Source: Octopus sinensis (taxonomy: Eukaryota). Taken from it: a stretch of DNA of 64,000 nt. The stretch is taken from assembly GCF_006345805.1 (NCBI RefSeq), contig NC_043006.1, positions 88,350,001 through 88,414,000 on the forward strand. The letters are read 5' to 3'. The notes beneath the pieces are model-generated. The model had not been told where the DNA came from. It did no database searches and saw nothing but the letters and a program-made list of their open reading frames with translations. A program made the position numbers and the translations under genes. Of the stretch, positions 38,765 through 53,441 are shown one piece after another (position 1 is the first letter of the stretch; each line of letters starts with the position of its first letter).

Positions 38765-38975
38765 CAACGAGGGTCCCTCAATGAAGGGTCACTCGACCCA
38801 CTAGAAATAGTACCCAATCTTTCTGTGATTACATCAAATCATCTGGAAAACGGAGGACAATGTAGTTAGATAACGTAATTCTACGTATGCATTACGCGTG
38901 AAAAAGAAGATATGGTTACAGATTGAATGTCGATTATCATAGGTATGCTTAGTCTAGACAAATTTGGGGCTCACG
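38765..38975 (+). repeat. Old interspersed repeat (SINE/LINE tail-like)
   Basis: CTAGAAATAG...CCAATCT...GATAACGTAATTCT...TCATAGGTATGCT...TGGGGCT. Related decayed pieces near 46550 and, on the minus strand, near 48290, 60660 and 61010. Confidence 0.4.
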
Positions 38976-39445
38976 ACAAAAAATAAAAAAAAACGAAATC
39001 TCTATTAAATTTCCAAACAGCAGCGAGAGAAAGAGACAAAAATATTCCTGCAGATAAGTTCTTGATTCATAGAGAAAAGAAACAAATTATTAGATGAATT
39101 TTTTTGATTTTCCTGGCATAAAAACTTTTTTATGGTATTTAGTAGCCAAGTGTTGAACTTATCAAATGAAATATATCTGAAACTGCAGCCAATTTTTATA
39201 TTTTATTGCATATCCAATCTTGGTTCTTCGTAGAAATATTAAATACCCACTGAGTAAATGGCATTCAGAGCTCTCTTAAAATACAAATATCATCGAAAGA
39301 ATAGGTGGGCAACATGGTTGTGTTGCAAATAATATAGGACAGAGACCAATATAGAGTGAATGGAATTTTCTTCACGCTAGCTGTGCAGAAACATGTCGCA
39401 CTCAGGCACGCATGCGCGCACACACACACCACACTATATTTATAA

Positions 39446-39552
<107 letters not shown>

Positions 39553-40208
39553 CGGATAGATTTATTTATTTAGTAATAATAATAAAAAACATTCTTATAT
39601 TAATATAATATATACAAAATATCTATATATAAACTGTATATATTTATATATTCGTAAATATATATATATCCCAATATAAATATAGGTACATATATAACAT
39701 TATATACATATATACATATATATATACATACATATATATATATACATATATATATATGTAAAACACACGTATACATATACATATGTGCATGCAAGTATAC
39801 GTATTTATGTGCGTGTCTGTGTGTGTATGTGTGTATGAGTGTATAAATGCATATGAACAAGCTGAGAGTGAAATACAAGAAATAAAAATTTATAAATGAA
39901 AGCAATAACTAAAATGACGACTTTTATGCACAAAGTGAGATACATTCACACACACACGCATGCACGTATGCACACAAACATATATATGCGCAAATAATAT
40001 TTGTATTAATTTTATTGTTAGTAACTTCGAAGACTTCCCGAATATGCGTTTTATTCAAACTGCTTGATTAAGCTATCTAGCAGGCGAATCAATAATATAA
40101 TAATAAATTATCAGACTCCATTTATGAAATGAGTCAGTAAATGTTGCTTTTATGTATTTCAAAAATGTTTATTTCTAGCTGAATGTATGCAGAACAATAT
40201 TTATTTAT

Positions 40209-40290
<82 letters not shown>

Positions 40291-40324
40291 AACATACATA
40301 TATATACATATATACATATAGCAT

Positions 40325-40361
<37 letters not shown>

Positions 40362-40410
40362 CATAATATATATATATACATATATACGTGTATATATATG
40401 TGTGTGTGTG

Positions 40411-40742
<332 letters not shown>

Positions 40743-40755
40743 TATATATATACAC

Positions 40756-40786
<31 letters not shown>

Positions 40787-41059
40787 TATATATATACATA
40801 TATGTATGTATATATGTATGTATGTATGTATGTATGTGTGTGTGTGTGTGTGTGTAACAAGTGGAACAGAGTCAAACGGATCCTAAAAATCTATGATCAG
40901 ATATGAATGATAATAAAGCTAAACTGAAGATATAAATAGTGCGTGTGTTTAACTGGCAAATGATAATCATCCCCAAGTATAATCATATATATATATGTCT
41001 GTTTCTAATCGCAGAAGTGACAAAATGTCCAAAAGTTTCGTTCATGGGGCCTATCACTT

Positions 41060-41430
41060 GATGTATAATACCTGTGTATACTCTCGCGCTTTGTTGGTGC
41101 ACTGATGGCGATGACGTCCCTCCAAGCTGATAATGAACGCAGTTGGTGCACACGCTGATGTAAGCGGAGACCAAAACCTGAGCGGTAAAGCTTTCAGCTG
41201 GTCGGATAAGGAAGCAATGACCTGGCTGTTGGAGGCGATCTAGTAGCAGCCGCAGCATTCCTCACTAGATACTCCTTGAACCACTGACAGCATCTTTTTT
41301 CGGCCGTTTCACAAGCTTGATGGCAGAAGTTTCGCCATTTGCTTCGATCCGCAGTAAGAGTTTTCAGATCCGTAGGAGGATTGTTGCATTTCTAACCAAA
41401 TAGTTCTTAAAGAGGAATGCGTACTCGCAT
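41060..41430 (-). mobile_element. RTE LINE 3' end, decayed
   Basis: LKTLTADRSKWRNFCHQACETAEK followed by a degenerate terminal zinc finger. Confidence 0.6.
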
Positions 41431-41793
41431 CAAAATGTTTTCTATATATACGAATGATGCGCTGATGATAGTAAACAGTGCTTCTAACATTGGTTCAGGA
41501 CCGAAACTTTTAAGGAAACGGTATAATTGATTTAATCAACATGGATACTTGATTTCTCAAAAGAATGAAATTAAACGGATACTATGGCATGATTTGAACT
41601 TAAAACCTAATGAATTGTCATTAAGTAGCATAAGAAAGTGAGATAGATACTTAATGTACCGTTTCTTGCTGTCTTGTAGCTCTGATCGAATAAAATGAAG
41701 AATGAAACATGAATTACAAATTTTTGTTGCTTGGCTATTTAATTCAAATATGCATGAAATTGATAGTTTGTCAGTTTAATAATTTATCGTAAG

Positions 41794-41847
<54 letters not shown>

Positions 41848-42554
41848 TGTGTCTCTTTTTCTCTCTATTCCCTCCCCATCTCTCTGCATATATGCAAATG
41901 ATTTATTTATCGTTTGCTGATACTCCTTACCCAACACGGGATAAACAGTGCAAGAAACTAGTTAAAGAAACTAGTTAAACAGTCAAGATATGTTAAGCTT
42001 AGAGGAAATTAATAAGAACAGGCATGGCTGTGTAGTTAAGGCATTCATAGTTGAAAAGATCGCATCGCAACTACGTGGATTTAGAATGAATACAACTACG
42101 TGGCCCTTTGTGCAAATAAATTCTACCTCAGCATCAGGTCACTAAAATCTTATGATTGAAATTTGTTAGACGGAAACTGTGTGCAATTCTGATATAAGGT
42201 AGGTCTTGTGTAAGAGCCTTAATTTGTCATCTGTTTTAACAACATCATTGACCCTTAAGAACTTCCACGCATCTGGTCATCCACTCGATTCCACTGCAAC
42301 ACATATGGAAACATAAGGAAGAAACTTTTGAGTTTATATGGTTCCCTCACTGAAGATGACTAATATTCTTAAGGTCAACAGTTACCTTTTCTCTATCACT
42401 TCAACACTCTCAAGCTATTTCGATTCTTGACCAAATTAAATGCGGTTAAATGTATTGCAAAGGGAAACTACATTTTGAAATATACAGAAAATTGACTAGC
42501 TAAAAATGTTATGATAAAAATAAGTGCTCAAATGCAAGATTTTTACCTCGCAAT

Positions 42555-42720
42555 CTAAGACGGGCGAATTGGCAGACCGTTACAAAGCTGGACAAAATGC
42601 TTAGCAGCCTTTCGCCTGGATTTACGATTTGAGTTCAAATGCCGCCAAGTTCGATTCTGCCTTTTATCCTTTCGAGAATGATGAAATAAGTGCTGGCCTT
42701 GTGCTAAGGGGTAGAATTAT
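42555..42720 (+). mobile_element. SINE family B, decayed
   Basis: TTGGCAGACCGTTA...AAATGCTTAGC...TGAGTTCAAAT...GCCTTTTATCCTTTCGAG. Confidence 0.7.
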
Positions 42721-43176
42721 TCATTGACAAATTAAAAAGTACCCTCTTAGATGGTCACATATATCTGTATCTCTAATTGTCAGCTCAACCATGGTCGATT
42801 AAACATGAAAGGAAATTACATGACAATGTTTGATTTCGAAACGTCATTCGCCACATTTTTAATTATAGCAAGCAAATATAGGAGGTTCTGATTAGAATTT
42901 TTATAATCCTGCATGTTTGAGACTAAAGATGATACATGTTTTTGTATATCAATAAAACTGAAACAAGTTATTTTGTTTGAATTCCAACTTCGGCTGTAAT
43001 ATTTTTAAGGTAACACTTCTTCTCCTGGGCTCTGTTAGATTCAGTTAAGAATGTCATCATTCATGCCTCCCCACACATACACACATGCACAAATATATAT
43101 GTACATATGTATATTTATTGTGCGTATATATATATATATATTAAATTAAATGTCTTCATCCATTTTGAAATGTATG

Positions 43177-43247
<71 letters not shown>

Positions 43248-43443
43248 GGATGTATCTATATCTATACATATATGGATCCAAACAGTTCGATTCATATAAT
43301 TTATTGAATGCACTTCTTTCGTTTGTCCACTCACTTGTGTGTATATATATGTATGTATATATATAAATGTATATATATATATGTATGTATGCATATATAT
43401 ATATATATAATATATATATATATATTATATATATACATATACA

Positions 43444-43820
43444 TTCTTTTATTCCTTGACTAGTTTCCGTCATTTTACTGCGACCATACTGGAGCACCGC
43501 CTTAAAGGGTTTTAGTCGAAGTAATCTACTTCAGGACTTATTCTTTGTAAGCCTAGTACATACTCTATCGGACTCTTGTGTCGAACCGCAAAACTACGGG
43601 GACATGAACACACCAGCTACGGTTGTCAAGCGATGGCGGGAGGGAGAAAGCACAGAAACACGCACATAAATATGTACAGCTTTCTTTCAGTTTCCGTCTA
43701 CCAAATCAAGTCACAAGATTTCGGTCGGCCCGAGGCACTTACCGAAAGTGCCACGCTGTCGGACTGAATCCTGAACCATGTGGTTGGAAAGCAAGTTTCT
43801 TACCACACAGCCACACCTGC

Positions 43821-43822
<2 letters not shown>
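43444..43822 (-). mobile_element. SINE family A
   Basis: Both halves recognisable. Followed by (GT)n at 43825-43904 and (GATA)n at 44073-44170. Confidence 0.8.
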
Positions 43823-43908
<86 letters not shown>

Positions 43909-43917
43909 ACGTGCGCG

Positions 43918-43949
<32 letters not shown>

Positions 43950-44070
43950 TGTATGTTTGTATGCTTCTATGTATATACACACATACACATACTTAGATAT
44001 ATATTTATATATTCTTTATTTTATTCTTTTATGCATTTCAGCCCAAAGATTATGTCCATGTTGGGGCAGC

Positions 44071-44147
<77 letters not shown>

Positions 44148-44761
44148 CAGACAGACATACAGATAGATAGATGGTTTCTACAATATTTCAGTAAGTACAC
44201 CATTATAAGAACCCTATATAAGAACCGGTTTTATTTTTAGATAACTATTAACTAGCCCTATGTACGATAACGTAAGTGCTATTCTCTTTCTAGACATATT
44301 GGTCATTTCTTGTCTTGTCTTAGTGGTAACTTTTTTCACTACTTTTCAAACATCCTTCTTCCCCCTTTATATAGAAATAACCCGTAAATATTACCCTAGA
44401 CCTCTGCTAGATCACTCTTTTGCCTATCGACTTCAAAGCTCCACGCTTGAAGATGGTATGATTTTAATATACTAAGCTTCCTGGCCTCTTCTCGAGGCCA
44501 TGTTCTTCCCTTCGTTTATTTTATTTTATGCATTTGTATTCTCTCTGATGAAGCTCCATGTTCTAGATCGAATGTCCTATGAAGATGACGAATATTATTT
44601 TCGGAATTCTTTCGTAAGCACCGACTGGCAGTGGAAGCGGAAACGCCCGTAAGAAATGTTACGTCACGTTTTGTATTAAAAAATAATCTACAGATGAGGT
44701 CCAATTTTGTTTGTTGACCAAAAGTTTTCTCCATTTTCTGATGATATATATATATATATAT

Positions 44762-45020
44762 CTACCTGCTTAGTCGAAGTCGACTCTCGGTCACTCGTTG
44801 GATCAGTGTCTTCCAGTCAGTTCTATCCTGGACCGCTTCCTTCAGACGGGCCATGTCCATTCCGGTATCACTCCTGATGGTGTCAAGCCAGCGGGTTCTT
44901 GGTCGGCCTCTTCCTCCCTTGCCACTGACCATTCCGAGCATGATGTCCTTCTCCAGGGATTCTCTCCGCATAATATGACTGAAATATACCAATCTACGCT
45001 TGGTGATCCCAGTTTCTAGC
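44762..45020 (-). mobile_element. RTE LINE 3' end
   Basis: KRRLVYFSHIMRRESLEKDIMLGMVSGKGGRGRPRTRWLDTI...DRTDWK...VTESRLRL. Confidence 0.9.
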
Positions 45021-45784
45021 GACATTTTATATATATTTTTATATGTGTATATATACATTTGTAAATATACATATATCCCACACTTCTTTTTCTATTGACG
45101 CATGCTTTGCATATGTATGCATTATTGTGTAGTATTTCATATGTTTAACACACTTTACACTTGCATGCATACATTTCTCTCTCGCTTTCTCTGTCATACA
45201 CATTAGTTGTGGGGGGCGGGGTATTTGCACATAAACGAAGTGTAAATCGGTACTAAAATTTTTTCCTCATGTCTTTCATAGTTTAAGCAGAGATTTTGCT
45301 TTAGTCGTTATTGTTCTTGTTTTTGCTGTTGTTCTTGTTGCTATGGTTATTAGTAGTGTTGCTTGCGCTGGTGGTAGTGTTGGAAGTGATGCTGTTGTTA
45401 ATGATGATGTTTTAAAGTCTTAATGGCAGAAAAAGAAATGAGAAATACTTAGAATATAGAAGAGTTAGAACAATTTCAATGGCTTAAAACAGCTTTAAAT
45501 TATAGAGTGAAAAGATAAAAATAGAAGATGAACATTTATTTAAGAAATACGCAAACAAACAAACATCCGTTGCATGAACAGAGAAAGAAGTTAACAATGA
45601 GATTAAGTTAAAGAAAATCGGGAATATGAGAATACAAGGAGAGGAAGGTGAGAACCGATTTCTATTTCTGAAGAAAAGTTGTAAAAGTATTGCAATCTTT
45701 TCAGCTTTGATGGTTATTTGTTTAAATAAATTTTAGTATTTTTTCTCTCGTAGTTGAGTGAAACACACTCCAAAGAGTCACTAC

Positions 45785-46765
45785 GCACTTCTCAAATAGG
45801 GCACTAAAATTTGATCAAACAAAACTTCGGGACTGTTTTATCAGCAGTTTTTCTCGGGGGTGAATGACACGCATCCCAAAGAGCCTCTACACCCGTGTTT
45901 CCCAACTGGGACCTATCAAATTTGTTCAAACAAAACACCGAGACAGTTTACTAACATATTCACCAAGGTGAATGATACTCAGCCAAAATAAGCGTCTACA
46001 CTCATGTTTTCCAAATGGGTGCAATTTGTTTCAATGTAGGAGAAGGTACATAGTCCCAAACCTCATTCCAGCGCCCGAAGGAAAATTTAGATGACGGCTT
46101 CCAGTTGAAGAATCCTTTATTTATCATCAGTATGCACTTGGTTACATTATATCAGGTCACCCGCTGTAGACGAGATAGTCTATCTGTTGGTCGAGTTTAG
46201 TTTGTTCAGTTACCTAGAAACCACATAAAATATCTTTTATCATTGATATATACATCTGTAGTTTTCAACTAGGACCTATCAAATTTGTTTAAAGAAAAGA
46301 AAAACAATGAGACAGTTTACCAACAGTTTCACTCAGGTGAAAGACCACAACCAAAAATAGGCCGTGTTTCCCAAATGGGTGCATTTTATTTCAACGTGTA
46401 CTTGGTATTCCAATTGATCAATTGAACTTCGTCTGTCTTTAAGTACTACAACAGAAGATTTAAGGATCGGATGCTGGATGATTCGAATTGTCACCAGAGG
46501 TCTCCCGCACTAACTATAGTTGGAGAAACGCTGCCGTACAGAGTCATTTGGTTAACAAGAAATAGCTGCCAAATTTCTTTCCTATTACACCATATCAATG
46601 TCAGTTAGAGACGGCGTCACTATTGCAAAAAATAATAAGAATAACAAAAGACAGCTCTGTATTATAAAATGTTAGCATAAATCTGTATGCATGTGGTGCG
46701 TATGTATGTGTATGTTTTTGTGTGTGTGCTTGCGTGTTTGTGTGTTTGTATGTGTATGTGTGTGT

Positions 46766-46806
<41 letters not shown>

Positions 46807-47100
46807 CACAGACACGGCTACGTTTATTTTTGAATATTTTATATTAAAATTATTTTGTTTTTAATATGTATTCGCACAAATGCTACGGCAGGAGATGGTA
46901 CATAGTCCCAAACTTCATTTCAGCACACGAAGGAAAAATTAAGAATCCATTATTTATCTTCAATATTAAGTCCAGTATGTACTTAGTTACATTATATCTG
47001 GTCATCGGCTGTAGACGGTATATTCTATCTATTGGTCAACATAAGTCTGTTCAGTTACCTAGGGACGGCATAAAATATCCTTTATTATTGATAATCTATA
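45785..47100 (+). repeat. Degenerate two-unit local repeat (A-A-B-A...B)
   Basis: Unit A (GGACCTATCAAATTTGTT...GAGACAGTTTAC...GGTGAA...CCAAATGGGTGCA) at ~45785, ~45900 and ~46262. Unit B (GGTACATAGTCCCAAAC...GTTACATTATATC...TTCAGTTACCTAG) at ~46038 and ~46890. Confidence 0.75.
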
Positions 47101-49565
47101 TAAAGTATCCAATCATTATCTTGAAGCTATGACAATCTATCTCACCACAATAAAGAATCGCTATTTATTTATTTATTTCCTTATTTATTTATTCATGAAC
47201 ATTACTAAATTATAGTTTGTTGTTCTCAATTACTACCAAAAGAATTAAATTGCGTATTCTACCGAGAAATTTGTATCGTCCATTGTGATTAATGGCTCTT
47301 TATCATTCGTCTGCGTTGTCTGATCAACGCAAGATAACAACCAATTCTTTAGAGTGTTCTTTTAGCTTCTTAATTCCATTCTTTCTTTCAATGCGCATGT
47401 TAGTAAATAGATACACAATTAATTTACGTTCTCTTTTATGGCGGTGCTTCATTATTACTACAACTCAGAAGTTGGTACCAGTAAATGAGTAACTTGGTCA
47501 TCGTTCTGCTATATTCCGCTCGTGTGCCGGAGAGAGTAATTTCAAGTTAATCTGAATTGTCTAGAGATTGTCTGGAAACGTCTCTATTTCAAAGATGTTT
47601 AAAATTCAGAATTGACAAGAGAATTTGTGAGATTGTAAACAGCAGTTCGTCGACGTTGCAAGCTTCCATTTATCAATAATTTCTAATTGCTGAATCTCTG
47701 TTTCACTGCACCCGTTCTAAACATATAGTTATTGAATTATCATCTGCTCTATTGGCTATATTAGACTTCTTTCCACAACTTGTCTTAACTACAAAGGTCT
47801 TTCAATCAAATCCATTTTATCTGAGAGTACCAATCAGTCGCTTTCTGCTTTCTCTCCTTCACAAAAGTCAAACTTCTTTCCTAAATATCACGAAGAGAGA
47901 AAATGGTTTATCAGCAACACAGGAGATTTGTAAAGTAATGCCGGAGTGTAGCGCAAGAGTGGTGGGTAACCTTATGGAGGAAGAGCATGTTCCATAAGAA
48001 TTGCTCATAATGTTCAGTGCCAAGTTTGGAGGAAAAGAGTTAGAATAGCGACAATAAAAAAGTTATAGATCAGATAACTTTATGTGAGAGGACAACTTTT
48101 AACGCTTGACTAGGAAAGTAACAGGAAATACTGAAAGTATACAACAGGGTGATGGACCTAACATTTAATTGTTTAAATGACAAATGCGTCAATGGGTTTC
48201 TTTTATGTATGTGGTCGAGAGAAACGAAACCAAAAATCTGCGTCATTTTAACGACAGCAACATTGCTTATTCTCAACATAAACTTGATTGAGCAGTCCAA
48301 TGGTCAGAGATGTCCCAGCCATGATTATCCTGCCATTCTTCCAGGCATAGTCGACGTAGGTGGTGGTACTGATAATACAAGGGCTGGTTGGTGTGAGCTA
48401 ACTGGAGGTAAATCTGGTGCTTCGTGTTTGATGTGGTTGCACATGTTTACTGTTATGGTAGTGGTCAGAACTTGGTTGCTGTTAGTACATTCCTCTCCAT
48501 ATCGTGATTGTTGTTCTTGTTCAAGTTCTTGTTGTCGTTCACGATGATGATCATGTGATTAGTGTTGAAGGTGTCCATATTTATGATATTTGTTGTTGTT
48601 GATATTGATGTTGTTGTTGTTTAAACAAGAGATGTTAGTGACGAGAGATTAATGACGTGGTGGTTGTGATTAAGGAATCGAAATATTGTTGTTGTTGCTG
48701 TTACTGATGTTGGTGCTGTTGCCGCTGGTGCGGCTGTTGTTGCTGTTGTTGTGCTGGTGGATATTAATGATATAATGATTGTGGAGGAGCAACACAGACA
48801 GTAAGAAAGGTATTTGATTGGCTGTCTCGTTGTCGTCGTCGTCGTCATCGTGTCGTTATTGCTTATTCTTCTTCTTGTTATTGTTGTTATTGTTGTAGAT
48901 GTTAATGGTGAAAGATAGTTCAGGAAATGACAATGAAAGAGGTGGGATGGTAAGTGGTGGTGGGCTTGATTGGCGGTCGCTCTTGTTGTTACTGTTGTTT
49001 TCGATGGTCGGAGGTGGTTGGCGTTGTTACTAATGATGTTGTTGCTAGTGATGATGGTGATGGTGATGGTGATGGGAGGGGAGGGGGCTTTAGTGCTATG
49101 GCTACCGTGCTGCGATGGTTGTGTATGCTTTTGAAAGAAAATCTCCAAACTGTCATGCCAAACAAGACAGCATGGTTGGGTTACAAAGATTATCTTAATC
49201 ATTTGAATACACTGCATGGTAACACGATAACGTCGCCAAACAATCGGTTTACGAACAACTACAACAACAACAACAATCACCACCCGATGCAGCCACAACC
49301 ATAGCAACAATAAAAACTACAAAAACAACCACAGCAACCACAGTAACAATTGCCACCGATATCGCAGCAATTGTAAGCACACGACCACAGACAAATGCAT
49401 GTATACTGAGAGAGAGGCATGAATGCACATATATTTGATTGGAAATTGGAAATTACTCCTGCCTGTGAGTGTTTACACTCACACACAGACACATGCACAC
49501 ACACATATAAATACATACCAAATGTGAGTGCATATATACGCGTGTGAGTGTACATACATACATAT

Positions 49566-49597
<32 letters not shown>

Positions 49598-49622
49598 CAT
49601 ATACATACACACACACACACAG

Positions 49623-49655
<33 letters not shown>

Positions 49656-49960
49656 TCAAAAACGTTGATTCCTTTTGTAGACCTGCAGAAATTTGTTCCT
49701 GAATGAGATTATATACATAAATGAATAAATAAATAAAGAAATACATACATAAATATATACATGCATACATATTACACACACACACACACGCACACGCATC
49801 GACACGCATCGACACACACACATACATGTAAAATGTTGTACGTGTACTTACGCTTCGTACGTGTAGCGAAAAGACAATGCGTATGTAAAAGCTTGTTTGC
49901 AACGGTAAAGAACACACATAATATATACATGCACACACACACACACACACACACACACCA

Positions 49961-49996
<36 letters not shown>

Positions 49997-50424
49997 GCGT
50001 ATGTGCATGAAACCATGAGAGTTGTATGCTTATAGAAATATGATTGTACCAATACATGTTTTATATGTTTGTCTTTATTTTTACGTGTGCAAATATTTGT
50101 ATTCTGTTATTGCTTGTAGTTGTTCTTATGTTCTTTAAACATTTGTGTTTTCTTGTAGTTTGAATATTTTATTTATTGCATTCGTTCTGTATTCTTGTGT
50201 GTGTTTTACGAGTGTTTGTGTGGATGGGTGGATATGTGTGTATGTTTGAGTGTTCGTAATGTTTTGATTACTTTTCTATTTTCTTTCTTTCTTTTTTTTT
50301 CTGTATTAATTTTTTTAAAATTAATCGTTTGTTTTCGAGATTGAAACAACATTAAGGATTCGGTTTTAAATGTCAATAAATGGACGAAAAGAATACTAAG
50401 GAATGCTACGATTGCTGTGGCAGC

Positions 50425-50489
50425 TGCTTTTTATCGTCGTCGTCGTCGTCGTCATAGCCGTCATCTTCATCGTCAAGATGATGCACATC

Positions 50490-50563
<74 letters not shown>

Positions 50564-50908
50564 TATCATCATCTCATCATCATCATAAACATTACCGTTA
50601 ACTTCATCATCTTCATCGTCATCATCATCATCACTATCATCGTCGTCGTTGTGATTCTCATTCTTAATAATATTGCTACTGATGTTGTCGTTATTGCTGC
50701 TGCTGCTGTGCTGCTGCTGCTGCTGCTGCCACTTCATGCTGTGAACATGGTTAGCATAAACAGGATAGCTTCAGGATACGTTGAATAGAAAACTATCTAG
50801 AAATAACAACGGATGCTGTGGCAATTTCATTTCTTTCACACGCAGACAATAATAAAGATAATAAATGTAAACACAAATACAAACAACGAAAACAACAACA
50901 ACAACAAC

Positions 50909-50955
<47 letters not shown>

Positions 50956-50960
50956 TGATG

Positions 50961-51048
<88 letters not shown>

Positions 51049-51115
51049 GTTTTACAATTCTAATAATCATAGTAATAATAATGATGATGATGATTCCGAC
51101 GACGACGACGACGGC
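50425..51115. repeat. Trinucleotide repeat cluster (CGT/CAT/GCT/AAC/AAT)n
   Basis: Long (CAT)n at ~50490-50565 and (AAT)n at ~50908-51048. Confidence 0.95.
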
Positions 51116-51570
51116 AATGATAGCGTCAAGAACAAGAATATCAATAAGAACACACACTAATAATAATGCATGCATTCGTAAATAAAGTAATAAAATTGGT
51201 ATGGAATATATTAATGTATTATGAAATAAGAATGATGGAGGGTAAGCGATGGAATATTTATGGTTGATTTCGGATGGGACGGTGTTGAATATTATGCTAT
51301 AATGATGATGATAATGGAGGTAGTGTGCAGCGAGGGCGGTGTGTTTAGATGACTTGGATGAAATTAGAATTGAATTTAAAGAAATATTGATTCTTTACAT
51401 AGTCATGTAGCATGAAAGTTTGTTTTTCCATTTACAGTAGGGATATAAGAAGGAATGGACTGTGATAGGTGTGGGTACATAGGTAGGCAGACAGACAGGA
51501 TGAGAGAAGAGATATACACTCACACAAACACGCATGCACCAATACATTCATTATACACTTCCACAAGTAT

Positions 51571-51602
<32 letters not shown>

Positions 51603-51603
51603 G

Positions 51604-51983
51604 TAGGCACAAGCGTGGCTGTGTGGTAAGAAGCTTGCTTCCCAACTACATGGTTCCGGTTTCAGTCCCACTGTGTAGCACTTTTAGCAAATGTTTTCTA
51701 CTATAGCCTCGGAATGACCAAAGCCTTGTGAGTGGATTTGGTAGATGGAAACTTAAAGAAACCCGTCGTGTATATATATTCTTTTACACGTTTCAGTCAT
51801 TTGACTGCGACCATGCTGGAGAACCGCCTTTAGTCGAACAAATCGACCCCAGGACTTATTCTTTGTAAGCCTAATACTTATTCTATCAGCCTATTTTGCC
51901 GAACCGCTAAGTTACGGGGACGTAAACACACCAACATCGTTTGTTAAGCGATGTGGTGGTGGTGGTGGGGGACAGACACACAA

Positions 51984-51985
<2 letters not shown>
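51604..51985. mobile_element. SINE family A with its 3' half inverted
   Basis: 5' half on + (51604-51775), short TA run, 3' half on - (51780-51985), then (TA)n. Confidence 0.8.
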
Positions 51986-52049
<64 letters not shown>

Positions 52050-52061
52050 ATATATATATAT

Positions 52062-52103
<42 letters not shown>

Positions 52104-52113
52104 ATATATATAT

Positions 52114-52147
<34 letters not shown>

Positions 52148-52149
<2 letters not shown>

Positions 52150-52625
52150 CCGTAAATCCTCGAGTATAATCCGCATTTTCCCCTCCAAAATTTAAGGTCA
52201 AGATCCGTAGTGCGTATTATATACGAAGTTGAAAATGAATAATATTTTCTGAGCAATGTCCGAGTCTCTATTTGCTGTCCGGCAATGATTATTCAGACGC
52301 ATTTTTTGATGTCAGCCGCGAAAATACTTTAAGCTAAGCCTGAAAGCAATGGAGTCATAAAAGAATCATCCATAACTTGCAGTAAGCAACATTTATTAAA
52401 ATAAAAGTATTCATATCACAGAATAAAATGTAACAAAAACAAGTTGCAAACATATTTACAATCCCCATATAACAGTTAAGAACATCACCATTATTGTATT
52501 AAGCATGCGCGGAAGTGTTTATTCGACTAGATGCTGCTGGCTTAATTACGCACGGCACAAGTTAGAGAAGGGGTGCGTATTATACACAAGGTTTAGGTTT
52601 TCCAGAAGTACAGCCCCCTAAAAAT
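52148..52625. mobile_element. pogo/Tigger-like non-autonomous element, right end truncated
   Basis: TA|CCGTAAATCCTCGAGTATAATCCGCA. Subterminal TGCGTATTATA repeated at ~52211 and ~52574. Confidence 0.6.
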
Positions 52626-53069
52626 TTTTAAAACAAAATCATAACATTATTAGTGGGATTGTAAAAGTTCCAAATTCGTACATACGCTCTGATGAACGAA
52701 ATGTGGATTACTGAAGTTCAAAAGGTCTTACCTATACACTTCTTCGCACATTCATAGAAACGGCCGTAAGACTCTTTCTGTTTATTGGATTCATTTGAGG
52801 ACTTCCCTTTTGGGCACGACATTGATTTGGGCGCGGAATTACACTATTATATGTATATATATGTTTTTGTATGTTATGTGTTCACATGCTTATAATGGCT
52901 TATATATGCCCTCTGTGTTTAAATACGTGTCGGCTTTGATGAGGAGTATTATTGACCTTGGAATTTGTCTCTTTCAAATTAATACTTTAATCTAATTGCT
53001 CAATAAATTGAACCCTACGCTGTTGTTTCTTGAAAAGAGTTCACCTCTAACTTTTCACTATATACATAC

Positions 53070-53119
<50 letters not shown>

Positions 53120-53200
53120 TCTATAAGTCCTGGGGTCGATTTGTTCGACTAAAGGCGGTTCTCCAGCATGGTCGCAGTCAAATGACTGAAAAGTGTAAAA

Positions 53201-53239
<39 letters not shown>

Positions 53240-53402
53240 CGCAGGAGTGGCTGTGTGGTAAGTAGCTTGCTAACCAACCACATGGTTCCGGGTTCAGTCC
53301 CACTGTGTGGCATCTTGGGCAAGTGTCTTCTGCTATAACTCCGGGCCGACCAATGCCTTGTGAGTGGATTTGGTAGATGGAAACTGAAAGAAGCCTGTCG
53401 TA

Positions 53403-53441
<39 letters not shown>

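Noticed and set aside
44240-44740. Possible Tc1-like HTH (TGVSASTASRCLRK, minus strand)
   Set aside because: Too decayed, with no DDE motif or paired TIRs recognised.
48300-49400. Gln/Asn/Thr/His-rich ORFs resembling a low-complexity exon
   Set aside because: Cryptic trinucleotide repeats, in-frame stops on both strands, and no domain.
50813-51160. Poly-Asn ORF after an acceptor-like TTCACACGCAG
   Set aside because: Explained by (AAT)n, with no other coding evidence.
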